Origin: Laetmonice hystrix
Lineage: Eukaryota
Direction: 5' to 3'
Length of the DNA: 64,000 nucleotides
Assembly (NCBI GenBank): GCA_965235115.1
Contig: OZ249436.1
Coordinates: 3,908,001 to 3,972,000 of the forward strand
Under the pieces are notes generated by a model that searched no databases, was not told the DNA's origin, and saw only the letters and a list, made by a program, of their open reading frames with translations. This document shows positions 1 to 13,500 of the stretch, in pieces (the stretch's first letter is position 1; each line of letters starts with the position of its first letter). The translations under genes were made by a program, and so were the position numbers.

Positions 1-1527
1 AAGTCTATGCTAAGATGGTGAGTGTACACCTACCGGCGGAGGTACATGATAAAGTTTATACTAAGATGGTGAGTGTACACCTACCGGCGGAGGTACATGA
101 TAAAGTTTATACTAAGATGGTGAGTGTACACCTACCGGCGGAGGTACATGATAAAGTTTATACTAAGATGGTGAGTGTACACCTACCGGCGGAGGTACAT
201 GATAAAGTTTATACTAAGATGGTGAGTGTACACCTACCGGCGGAGGTACATGATAAAGTTTATACTAAGATGGTGAGTGTACACCTACCGGCGGAGGTAC
301 ATGATAAAGTTTATACTAAGATGGTGAGTGTACACCTACCGGCGGAGGTACATGATAAAGTTTATACTAAGATGGTGAGTGTACACCTACCGGCGGAGGT
401 ACATGATAAAGTTTATACTAAGATGGTGAGTGTACACCTACCGGCGGAGGTACATGATAAAGTTTATACTAAGATGGTGAGTGCACACCTACCGGCGGAG
501 GTACATGATAAAGTTTATACTAAGATGGTGAGTGTACACATACCGGCGGAGGTACATGATAAAGTTTATACTAAGATGGTGAGTGTACACCTACCGGCGG
601 AGGTACATGATAAAGTTTATACTAAGATGGTGAGTGTAAACCTACCGGCGGAGGTACAGGATAAAGTTTATACTAAGATGGTGAGTGTAAACCTACCGGC
701 GGAGGTACATGATAAAGTTTATGCTAAGATGTACACCTACCGGCGGAGGTACATGATAAAGTCTATGCTAAGATGGTGAGTGTACACCTACCGGCGGAGG
801 TACATGATAAAGTTTATACTAAGATGGTGAGTGTACACCTACCGGCGGAGGTACAGGATAAAGTTTATACTAAGATGGTGAGTGTAAACCTACCGGCGGA
901 GGTACAGGATAAAGTTTATACTAAGATGGTGAGTGTAAACCTACCGGCGGAGGTACATGATAAAGTTTATACTAAGATGGTGAGTGTAAACCTACCGGCG
1001 GAGGTACATGATAAAGTTTATACTAAGATGGTGAGTGTAAACCTACCGGCGGAGGTACATGATAAAGTTTATACTAAGATGGTGAGTGTAAACCTACCGG
1101 CGGAGGTACATGATAAAGTTTATACTAAGATGGTGAGTGTAAACCTACCGGCGGAGGTACATGATAAAGTTTATACTAAGATGGTGAGTGTACACCTACC
1201 GGCGGAGGTACATGATAAAGTTTATACTAAGATGGTGAGTGTACACCTACCGGCGGAGGGACATGATAAAGTTTATACTAAGATGGTGAGTGTAAACCTA
1301 CCGGCGGAGGTACATGATAAAGTTTATACTAAGATGGTGAGTGTAAACCTACCGGCGGAGGTACATGATAAAGTTTATACTAAGATGGTGAGTGTACACC
1401 TACCGGCGGAGGTACATGATAAAGTTTATACTAAGATGGTGAGTGTAAACCTACCGGCGGAGGGACATGATAAAGTTTATACTAAGATGGTGAGTGTACT
1501 ACCTACCGGCGGAGGTACATGATAAAG
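1..1527. repeat. 51-bp minisatellite (~30 copies) containing the TRPA exon end and donor
   Basis: Unit gatggtgagtgtacacctaccggcggaggtacatgataaagtttatactaa; runs off the left edge. Confidence 0.97.
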
Positions 1528-4500
1528 TTGATCCATGCCATGAAGAGAGCGAGCCAGCCAGCCCGCCACTGACGCAGACACGGATAGTACCCGATCGGGT
1601 AGATGAACGCGTATGTAGTCGCAACCAGAATCAACGCTATCAGATTGAAGACGTTGAAAAAATATTTAAATCCCTAAAAAAAGAAAGAAGATCATTGGCC
1701 TACTCCATTTGGCTATAAGGGGAGGCAAGAATAAAGTGATCATACTTCCTCCGGGTATAGACTGTCTATCATATTCTGTGCACACTGTATGTACCGAAAT
1801 GGTGATTTTGTTGAATTCAAAAGGTCACAATGTCGACGATTCACACTCTTGACGATTAAAACGAAGGTTAAACACGACGAATTGTAGACCTAAATTAGTC
1901 AAAAATACCTCTTATAATGGCCATCTTGTTGTAGGCCAATTTATCACGGATTATATATTTACCTTATATCCTAAATATCGTACAAATGTCATCGATTTCC
2001 TGTGACTAAACCCCAGAAAACCGGGTGGGAAATATCCGATTTCTCTCGCAAATTTCACAAGGAAACTACACAAAAGGAAGTAATTAAATCATTGGTCACT
2101 TTATAAACTAAAATTTATATGTGAGCCAGACATCTGCCTTCGTAGGCGATACCTTTTTAAATATTAATATTTTTGTCATGGAAAGAAAGATATACAATTA
2201 CATGGACTTACTCTTTGAAGTATTTTGAAAGCTTCCCTGAAGAAGAATACGAGTATGAAGATTGTCACCCATGCTACGGTCACGTTTAGGTGGGGTTCTT
2301 TTATCCTGGTCGGCTTCATCAAACATAGCAACAATATATCTCAGTAAATTCATCACCTTCATTTTGCCATGGGAACATTCCCATGGAACATAGCAACAAT
2401 ATATCTCGGTAAATTCATCACCTTCATTCTGCCATGGGAACATTCCCAACAAACATAGCAACAATATATCTCGGTAAATTCATCACCTTCATTCTGCCAT
2501 GGGAACATTCCCATGGAACATAGCAACAATATATCTCGGTAAATTCATCACTTTCATTCTGCCAGGGAACATTCCCATGGAACATAGCAACAATATATCT
2601 CGGTAAATTCATCACTTTCATTCTGCCATGGGAACATTCCTATGGAACATAGCAACAATATATCTCGGTAAATTCATCACCTTCATTCTGCCATGGGAAC
2701 ATTCCCATGGAACATAGCAACAATATATCTCGGTAAATTCATCACTTTCATTCTGCCAGGGAACATTCCTATGGAACATAGCAACAATATATCTCGGTAA
2801 ATTCATCACCTTCATTCTGCCATGGAAACATTCCCATGGAACATAGCAACAATATATCTCAGTAAATTCATCACCTTCATTCTGCCAGGGAACATTCCCA
2901 TGGAACATAGCAACAATATATCTCGGTAAATTCATCACTTTCATTCTGCCATGGGAACATTCCCATGGAACATAGCAACAATATATCTCGGTAAATTCAT
3001 CACCTTCATTCTGCCATGGGAACATTCCCATGGAACATAGCAACAATATATCTCGGTAAATTCATCACTTTCATTCTGCCAGGGAACATTCCCATGGAAC
3101 TTAGCAACAATATATCTCGGTAAATTCATCACTTTCATTCTGCCATGGGAACATTCCCATGGAACATAGCAACAATATATCTCGGTAAATTCATCACCTT
3201 CATTCTGCCATGGGAACATTCCCATGGAACATAGCAACAATATATCTCGGTAAATTCATCACCTTCATTCTGCCAGGGAACATTCCCATGGAACATAGCA
3301 ACAATATATCTCGGTAAATTCATTCGTCAACTTCGTCTCTCCATGGGAACATTCCCATGGATAGGGATAGAGACGAAATCGGGGTTACAGGTTAGGGTAG
3401 GGCCATGGATAGGGATAGGGATTGCATTATTAGATGGTTTGGTTTTTTTCTCAGAGGAGCATCTCTGAAGTACCCAAACTTCGCCCCCCCCCCCCAACTA
3501 ATTTCTGGATACGCCCCTGCCGAGGGTTCTTTATTAAACAATGCGGAGACTGAGAGGTAGCACAGGTTTGATCGAATCAACAGAACATCATCGACATACA
3601 TCCAGAACGCTGGGACATCCCTTGTATTTATTTCCCATGGTTTTCTTTCTTTCTGATCCTGTTATTTTGTTTCCCATATCAGATATCAGATATCATTAAG
3701 AACTTGCTAGGACCTTTACCTGTTCTGGCGGGTTCTGTGCTGTTGTGTTCTCTGCTGTGGAGTTCCCTGTAATGTTTACCGTGTAGTCATGACTGAATTC
3801 AGGGCAGTAGTTTTCGTCGTGGGTCCGATTGGCCAGGACACTTCCCAGCTGAGCCGTGTAGAAGGTCAATGAGAAGAGATAACCGACGTAGATGACCAGG
3901 TTCACATAAAACGTGATTCGTCCAAACCGTACCCTGGAGTGAACAAATACGGGTTGTAAGTTGACCGGAGTGGTGATCAGTCCAACTTGTAACCAGGGGC
4001 AACCAGGGGGACCTTGTCAAAATTTTCCTGAAGTTTAGATCCTGAATAATATGATCTTGGACTTAATGTCAGGCAATATTCATGTCGTTACTCATGAAGT
4101 TTTGGTTCAGATTTTGCATGGGATTTACAAAAAGGCTCTAGAATTATATATTATATAATATTATTCCTCAACCAACATTATGGCTGGCAGCGGGCTTGTG
4201 AGTAAAACATATAGAGATGGTCGCAAATCTAGAATCGGAGTGGTCCTCGAAAAGGTTTTAGTTCGAGCTCTCCCTGTCGTTAGGATGTGTATGGGGCCGA
4301 TGTCTACTACAATGTCATTATGTTACGGGATGACATATAAAGGCCTACCATTTCTGATAGAGGATTGTTTGGCACAGCGGATGAGACAAAAGCATGTCAC
4401 GTTCATGTTGAACCATTGTCTGAAATATGAAATGAAAGGACATGTACATAAGGCAGAATGTTACACAAAATGAAAGGAAATGTACATAAGGCAGAATGTT

Positions 4501-7500
4501 ACACAAAATGAAAGGAAATGTACATAAGGCCGAATGTTACACAAAATGAAAGGAAATGTACATAAGGCAGAATGTTACACAAAATGAAAGGAAATGTACA
4601 TAAGGCAGAATGTTACACAAAAGCACTGGAAATGGCATTGAACCTTTAACATCATTCAATCATTACCAATCCATTTGATGGAGATGAATTAAGGGTATGA
4701 ATGCAGGATTTGTTCAACTCACGTTCAGGGTAAGATATGAGGACAGGATTTGTTCAACTCACGTTCAGGGTAAGGTATGAGGGCATGATTTGTTCAACTC
4801 ACGTTCAAGGTAAGGTATGAGGACATGATTTGTTCAACTCACGTTCAGGGTAAGGTATGAGGGCAGGATTTGTTCAATTCACGTTCAGGGTAAGGTATGA
4901 GGACATGATTTGTTTAACTCACGTTCAAGGTAAGGTATGAGGACAGGATTTGTTCAACTCACGTTCAGGGTAAGATATGAGGGCAGGACTTGTTCAACTC
5001 ACGTTCAGGGTAAGGTATGAGGACAGGATTTGTTCAACTCACGTTCAGGGTAAGGTATGAGCGCATGATTTGTTCAACTCACGTTCAGGGTAAGGTATGA
5101 GGACAGGATTTGTTCAACTCACGTTCAGGGTAAGGTATGAGGACAGGATTTGTTCTACTCACGTTCAGGGTAAGGTATGAGGACAGGATTTGTTCAACTC
5201 ACGTTCAGGGTAAGGTATGAGGGCAGGATTTGTTCAACTCACGTTCAGGGTAAGGTATGAAGACATGATTTGTTCAACTCACGTTCAGGGTAAGGTATGA
5301 GGGCAGGATTTGTTCAACTCACGTTCAGGGTAAGGTATAAGGGCAGGATTTGTTCAACTCACGTTCAGGGTAAGGTATGAGGACATGTTTTGTTCAACTC
5401 ACGTTCAGGGTAAGGCATGAGGGCAGGATTTGTTCAACTCACGTTCAAGGTAAGATACCGACGTTTCTGGGAGGCGGGATCGTCTGGCCCAGGGTCGATG
5501 TACTTATAGTCAAAGGTCATCTACAAATATATCATTCACGTATCTACGTGTTCAAAACGTTCTTCTAAATGAGCACTCTGTTATGATCAGTGGAGTCGGT
5601 CGAGCTTACATGTATTTTTGACAGTTGACAGTTGACAGTTTACAGTCAACATAGTGTTCAAGATCTACTTTTCTCCTTACACTGTTCGTATGACCCTACC
5701 AACGTCTCTTGTCATGTAGCAAACCATGAGATTTGAATTGCTAATAAACCGTTAAAAGATAGCAGATAACAACAGATAATGGATAATGTCTGATTATGCG
5801 ATGTGTAACCGCTAGATTCTGGACGTACCGAGAGATTGACGTCCTCGTCGTCACGGGTCGATCGTTCCACACAGTGGTCGAGTACCACCTGCACCATACA
5901 AACATTACACGTTTCAACCTCACATTGGTCACATACAACCAGGGGCAGGTTTTACTAAAGGTTGAAAATAAAGATGGCGAAAATTTAACATAGAAGTGAC
6001 TGGTTACTAGGTCGTTATTTTCGACCTAGAAACCCATTCACTTCTATGTTAAATTTTCGACGTCGTTATTTTCGACCTTTAGTAAAACCGGCCCCAGAGC
6101 CTTAGATCACTCAGTCACCGGGACCCCCTTACATACAACAGTCTGGATTTGGGTTTAGATGTGGTTTTACACTTCCGAAACATCCAGGTTCATAATCAAG
6201 ATGGTCAATGTTACTGGTGCAGAAACCGGAAGACCCTTGGAAACCACTGATCGACCTTACAGCAGCTAACTGACAAACCTTCTCAAACAACGTAACCAAA
6301 GACCCCTGGAAACCACTGACCTTACAGCAGCTAACTGACAAACCTTCTCAAACAACATAACCAAAGACCCCTGGAAACCACTGACCTTACAGCAGGTAAC
6401 TGACAAACCTTCTCAAACAACATAACCAAAGACCCCTGGAAACCACTGACCTTACAGCAGCTAACTGACAAACCTTCTCAAACAGTAACCAAAGACCCCT
6501 GGAAACCACTGACCTTACAGCAGCTAACTGACAAACCTTCTCAAACAACATAACCAAAGACCCCTGGAAACCACTGACCTTACAGCAGGTAACTGACAAA
6601 CCTTCTCAAACAACATAACCAAAGACCCCTGGAAACCACTGACCTTACAGCAGGTAACTGACAAACCTTCTCAAACAACATAACCAAAGACCCCTGGAAA
6701 CCACTGACCTTACAGCAGCTAACTGTCAAACCTTCTCAAACAACATAACCAAAGACCCCTGGAAACCACTGACCTTACAGCAGGCAACTGACAAACCTTC
6801 AAACAACGTAACCAAAGACCTCTGGAAACCACTGACCTTACAGCAGCTAACTGACAAACCTTCTCAAACAGTAACCAAAGACCCCTGGAAACCACTGACC
6901 TTACAGCAGCTAACTGTCAAACCTTCTCAAACAACGTAACCAAGAGGACCATCCATAATACGTTAGATAAAAGGCCAATAGACCAGGGGCCCGTCTCACT
7001 AAAGCCTGGTTAATAACCAGATCGTTAAGTTAACATAGGAGTGAATGGAAGGTTGCTGGTTACTGTAACCAGCAACCTTCCATTCACTCCTATGTTAACT
7101 TAACGATCTGGTTATTAACCAGCCTTTAGTGAGACGGGCACCAGGGAGCTAATGGGTTGAGAGACTTAAGTTGAGTTTGCAATTCATTTACACGTAGGCC
7201 TATCCATTTTAATGTTATTAACAATATTGTAGATGTTGTACAATTACTGTAGATGAAGATCTATACGCCTAATTTAAACAGGAATTTCGGCTTAATTCTT
7301 TCTTTCCAAAATCCTGAACTGGTCGCCGTATACGGCCTACATTATAGTTTTCATTTTAAAATGGCTTCCGACGCCCCCGAGGAGTTCTCCAGCAATTAAA
7401 GGAGGAGTATGAATTAGCGCTACAGCAATTAAAGGAGGAGTATGAGTTCGAGGCGTTCACCATTGCAACATCCGGTAGTCGCGCCACCAAGCGGTCAATT

Positions 7501-10500
7501 GGGGGAAGCCCGTGAGCGTCACGAACGCTGATACAATCTCGCCAGCTGAAACGAGACAACACGTGATGTATGAGTAATAAATGGGGTGGTGTGTATCGGG
7601 GCTAGCTTGGTAAACAACACAGAGCTCGAGTAACTCGGGGCTTCATGGAAATCTTAGCATCTGACACTCAGCTTCTGTCGGCACATAACTGGTGCTGTTA
7701 TTAGCATTGAAAAGAAGCCCAACAAATTGACGATAAACAAACTTAAGAAGATACAATCCTTAGCGTTTGCACGCACCATGGATCTATCATTAAATCTGAC
7801 AGAAGAAATATCGATAAATAGCCGACAGCCACATTGACACAGCTTGGCAAAAACAGCTACGGCAACATCTCTGTATAATGAAAAGACGAAACCCTACCCT
7901 GTATGCACAGAACTCGGTCATTTGTAAACCATTTCACATTTCGATTTGGATTGGCGGTTTATGCCTACCTAACAGCACGGATCAAAACGAGGTGGTCATC
8001 TTTATTTGTGGAGGAAACCGGAACACCCGGGTAAAAGACTCGACATTGCAGCAAGTATATATGTATGTCAATAACTATGATAAATTTATGTTATCACGTT
8101 AGAAAGCAAATAGCTTTCATTACGGTAACAATGTTTCCTATCGTGTTAAGTACTCATATTTTACCCGCTGCGAGGGAACTTCAAGTACATAACATAAAAA
8201 AAAGAGTTCTTTATAAAAAAAAATCGTTTGTAGCAGATTAAGAGGTAAACATTTATTTCGCATGAATATTCCAATGATTGTTGTCCCTTCTCGTTCATCT
8301 TGTTCTCGTTTTCACCATTTTATCGTGTTTTTTTACCTTTTGTGTTTCACCATAGTAATGGCGACGTCGTTGTTAAGGTTGTCGATGGCCAGATCGAGGG
8401 GCGCCTGGTCGTAGGTGTTTTTAACAGTGACGATTGCCCGTTTATCCAGTAACAGTTGGGCCGCCTCGACATGACCTCCCGCGCATGCGTAGTGCAACGA
8501 TGAGTTCTATCATAAAGGTAAACACATAAATTGCTGAAGGGGGGAAGCCACCTAGGGCGAGTAACGTACTAGAATGTTGGTCCAAGGCCTATCGAGTTTC
8601 AGTACCAGGCATTCATCTATTTTTTATATGTTTACACGGGGTAGGCTAAACATAATAATTTATTATAATACTAGTAGGCCTACCAAGTCCTCATCAATCA
8701 AGCGTGGTTAAGACAACCCCTATAAAGGCCGTTACCATAGTTACGTTAAGTGCCTTACGAGGGATGTTATTAGATCTAACACTACAATAAATGGTTCTAT
8801 GGCAACCCAACTTCGTCTCGGCCCAAGGAGTAGGCCTATAGTGATTGTAGACCCCACCTACATCTCTACAGACATACAGGTTTAGTTACGTTCCTCTCAC
8901 CGTAGATTCTACCAACCGTTCATACACCATGAACAGACCTACAGGTTTAGTTACGTTCCTCTCACCGTAGATTCTACCTCTGAGGTCGTGCAGGAGGCTT
9001 ATTTGGTTTTCGTTTTATAAAATGTAATGTAGGCCTAATGTACACCACTTATTTTATCCATATTTAAAGACTGGTTGTTATAGGGGGTGGCTGGCTGAGG
9101 CTAACCTTGAGTTTGTCCGTATCGTTGACCATGGCGTGATTTTCCAGAAGGATACGCATGGTGGTCGTATGACCTTCAGCAGCCGCAACCATCAGCGCCG
9201 TGCGGTGGTCGTCGTCCCTGGCAACCATAACATGTCAGTAGGCAAAATTAGTGACAGACTAAACCTACCAGAGTTTATCGGTAATGGGGCTGATCAAATC
9301 TGTGAACATTTCAATAACTTAAACGCCTATATAAACGCTCTGAAATCTACGCTAGGTGAATTTTGCTAAGGCCTTCACCCTCTCAACTTAGGGATAAGTG
9401 CATCTAGAGCTACAGGTCAAGGTCACTGGTGAGAAACCGATCCAACCTTGCAGAAGTTTTCAGGAACAGTAATGGTCATGTAATTTCAAGTATTAGGTTA
9501 AATATGGTGCTGACAGCATTGTCTACAAACATACATTGTATATCGCGATATTTGTAACCTACCGACAGGAGATGTCAGCGCCGAGGGAGAGCAACACCTG
9601 CGCCACCTGGTGGTGCCCATTGGCAGCAGCCAGGAGGAGTGGGCTCCGTCCGTCCACATCGCAGTCATTGGTTTCGTGGGAGCTGGCGTGGATCAGGGCC
9701 TCTACACAGTGAACGTTATCACACCTATCACAAAGAAGGGCAAGTCATAATTCTAAAAACTCCTTTATTAACAGTTATACTATATCTAACACTGGGATGA
9801 TAAGATAGCCCTACGGTTGATCCAACGCTGCTAGATCATACCCTTGAGGAGCAGTGGGGTCGAGTGAGTCTTTGTCACTCCCATTATGACCTTAAATGTG
9901 ATTTTACTTTTAGAATATTTAGGCCTACAATGCAGTTTAATAAATAAATAATCTTGTTTCAATAGTGGGAAATCTCTTCTTAAATGTGGCGCCGAGAGGA
10001 GGGCGGGTCGGGAGGTCCTTACTGAGCGGCCATGTGAAGCGGCGTTCGTTCCTCCGTATCTTTGGCGTCCGTCCGGGCGCCGTACTCAAGCAGCGTCTTC
10101 AACACCTTCAATCATAGAGAATGCGCTCACTGACGTCATAGATCATTATACGTCACGTGACGTCATACATCACGTCATACAACACCTTCAATCATAGACA
10201 TAATGCGCTCACTGACGTCATAGATCATTATACGTCACGTGACGTCATGCATCGCGTCAGAGGGCGGGTTCACCATAGCGTCACGTAACGTCATGATACA
10301 TCACGTCATACAACACCTTCATTCATAGAGGAGGCGCTTACTGACATCATAGATCATCATATGGCATGTGACGTCATACAGGACGATATACAACACCTTG
10401 AAGCAGAGGGAGGACGCGCCCACTGACGTTAAGAATCGAAGAGGACAATGGGACAGCTCAGTTTATTTTGTTCCAGGGTAGGACCTTAGAAAAATGCGCG

Positions 10501-13500
10501 GGGTCCAAGCAAGGAAGACCCTACGGACTATATGTCCCTGAATGTCCTACCTACCAGCACGTTACCCCTTAACGTCCTACCGACCAGCAGGTTACCCCTG
10601 AACGTCCTACCTACCAGCACGTTACCCCTGAACGTCCCACCTACCAGCACGTTACCCCTGAACGTCCTATACCAGCACGTTACCCCTGAACGTCCTATAC
10701 CAGCACGTTACCCCTGAACGTCCTACTTACCAGCACGTTACCCCTGAACGTCCTACCTACCAGCACGTTACTCCTGAACGTCCTACCTACCAGCACGTTA
10801 CCCCTGAACGTCCTATACCAGCACGTTACCCCTGAACGTCCTACCTACCAGCACGTTACCCCTGAACGTCCTACTTACCAGCACGTTACCCCTGAACGTC
10901 CTACCTACCAGCACGTTACTCCTGAACGTCCTATACCAGCACGTTACCCCTGAACGTCCTATACCAGCACGTTACCCCTGAACGTCCTACCTACCAGCAC
11001 GTTACCCCTGAACGTCCTATACCAGCACGTTACCCCTGAACGTCCTACCTACCAGCACGTTACCCATGAACGTCCTATACCAGCACGTTACCCCTGAACG
11101 TCCTATACCAGCACGTTACCCCTGAACGTCCTACCTACCAGCACGTTACCCCTGAACGTCCTACCTACCAGCACGTTACCCCTGAACGTCCTACCTACCA
11201 GCACGTTACCCCTGAACGTCCTACCTACCAGCACGTTACCCCTGAACGTCCTATACCAGCACGTTACCCCTGAACGTCCTATACCAGCACGTTACCCCTG
11301 AACGTCCTACCTACCAGCACGTTACCCCTGAACGTCCTACCTACCAGCACGTTACCCCTGAACGTCCTACCTACCAGCACGTTACCCCTGAACGTCCTAC
11401 CTACCAGCACGTTACCCCTGAACGTCCTATACCAGCACGTTACCCCTGAACGTCCTACCTACCAGCACGTTACCCCTGAACGTCCTACCTACCAGCACGT
11501 TACCCCTGAACGCCCTACCTACCAGCACGTTACCCCTGAACGTCCTACCTACCAGCACGTTACCCCTGAACGTCCTACCTACCAGCACGTTACCCCTGAA
11601 CGTCCTACCTACCAGCACGTTACCCCTGAACGTCCTATACCAGCACGTTACCCCTGAACGTCCTATACCAGCACGTTACCCCTGAACGTCCTACCTACCA
11701 GCACGTTACCCCTGAACGTCCTATACCAGCACGTTACCCCTGAACGTCCTACCTACCAGCACGTTACCACTGAACGTCCTACCTACCAGCACGTTACCCC
11801 TGAACGTCCTACCTACCAGCACGTTACCCCTGAACGTCCTATACCAGCACGTTACCCCTGAACGTCCTACCTACCAGCACGTTACCCCTGAACGTCCTAT
11901 ACCAGCACGTTACCCCTGAACGTCCTACCTACCAGCACGTTACCACTGAACGTCCTACCTACCAGCACGTTACCCCTGAACGCCCTACCTACCAGCACGT
12001 TACCCCTGAACGTCCTATACCAGCACGTTACCCCTGAACGTCCTATACCAGCAGGTTACCCCTGAACGTCCTACCGACCAGCACGTTACCCCTGAACGCC
12101 CTACCTACCAGCACGTTACCCCTGAACGTCCTACCTACCAGCACGTTACCCATGAACGTCCTACCTACCAGCACGTTACCCCTGAACGTCCTACCTACCA
12201 GCACGTTACCCCTGAACGTCCTACCTACCAGCACGTTACCCCTGAACGTCCTATACCAGCACGTTACCCCTGAACGTCCTACCTACCAGCACGTTACCCC
12301 TGAACGTCCTACCTACCAGCACGTTACCCCTGAACGTCCTACCTACCAGCACGTTACCCCTGAACGTCCTATACCAGCACGTTACCCCTGAACGTCCTAC
12401 CTACCAGCACGTTACCCCTGAACGTCCTACCTACCAGCACGTTACCCCTGAACGTCCTACCTACCAGCACGTTACCCCTGAACGTCCTACCTACCAGCAC
12501 GTTACCCCTGAACGCCCTACCTACCAGCACGTTACCCCTGAACGTCCTATACCAGTACGTTACCCCTGAACGTCCTATACCAGCACGTTACCCCTGAACG
12601 TCCTACCTACCAGCACGTTACCCCTGAACGTCCTATACCAGCACGTTACCCCTGAACGTCCTATACCAGCACGTTACCCCTGAACGTCCTACCTACCAGC
12701 ACGTTACCCCTGAACGTCCTACCTACCAGCACGTTACCCCTGAACGTCCTATACCAGCACGTTACCCCTGAACGCCCTACCTACCAGCACGTTACCCCTG
12801 AACGTCCTATACCAGCACGTTACCCCTGAACGTCCTACCTACCAGCACGTTACCCCTGAACGTCCTATACCAGCACGTTACCCCTGAACGCCCTACCTAC
12901 CAGCACGTTACCCCTGAACGTCCTATACCAGCACGTTACCCCTGAACGTCCTACCTACCAGCACGTTACCCCTGAACGCCCTACCTACCAGCACGTTACC
13001 CCTGAACGTCCTATACCAGTACGTTACCCCTGAACGTCCTGTACCAGCACGTTACCCATGAACGCCCTACCTACCAGCACGTTACCCCTGAACGTCCTAC
13101 CTACCAGCACGTTACCCCTGAACGTCCTACCTACCAGCACGTTACCCCTGAACGTCCTATACCAGCACGTTACCCCTGAACGTCCTATACCAGCACGTTA
13201 CCCCTGAACGTCCTATACCAGCACGTTACCCCTGAACGGCCTACCTACCAGCACGTTTCCTGCGTGGGCGGCGTAGTGTAGAACAGTCTGGTCGTTTTTA
13301 TCAGTCGCCTCCAGCAGAGCCGTGCCACAGTGCTGCAATCAGACAAACATGGACCAATTCCAAAACGTTGTGATTTTGGCAGTATATCGAAGGCCCGGAA
13401 ACGATGTAAAATCAAGGCTATGGTCGTTCTAAATAACCACATGAACAAGGCATGGACGTTATATGATTATATTAACTACAGATTTGCTGGAATCTTTCAC

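Noticed and set aside
15..1522. 254-aa and 249-aa repetitive ORFs on +
   Set aside because: Translation of a 51-bp intronic minisatellite antisense to TRPA.
6133..6214. Possible extra TRPA exon (AG...GTAAGG)
   Set aside because: Flanking exons need phase 0-0 and that frame starts with TAA.
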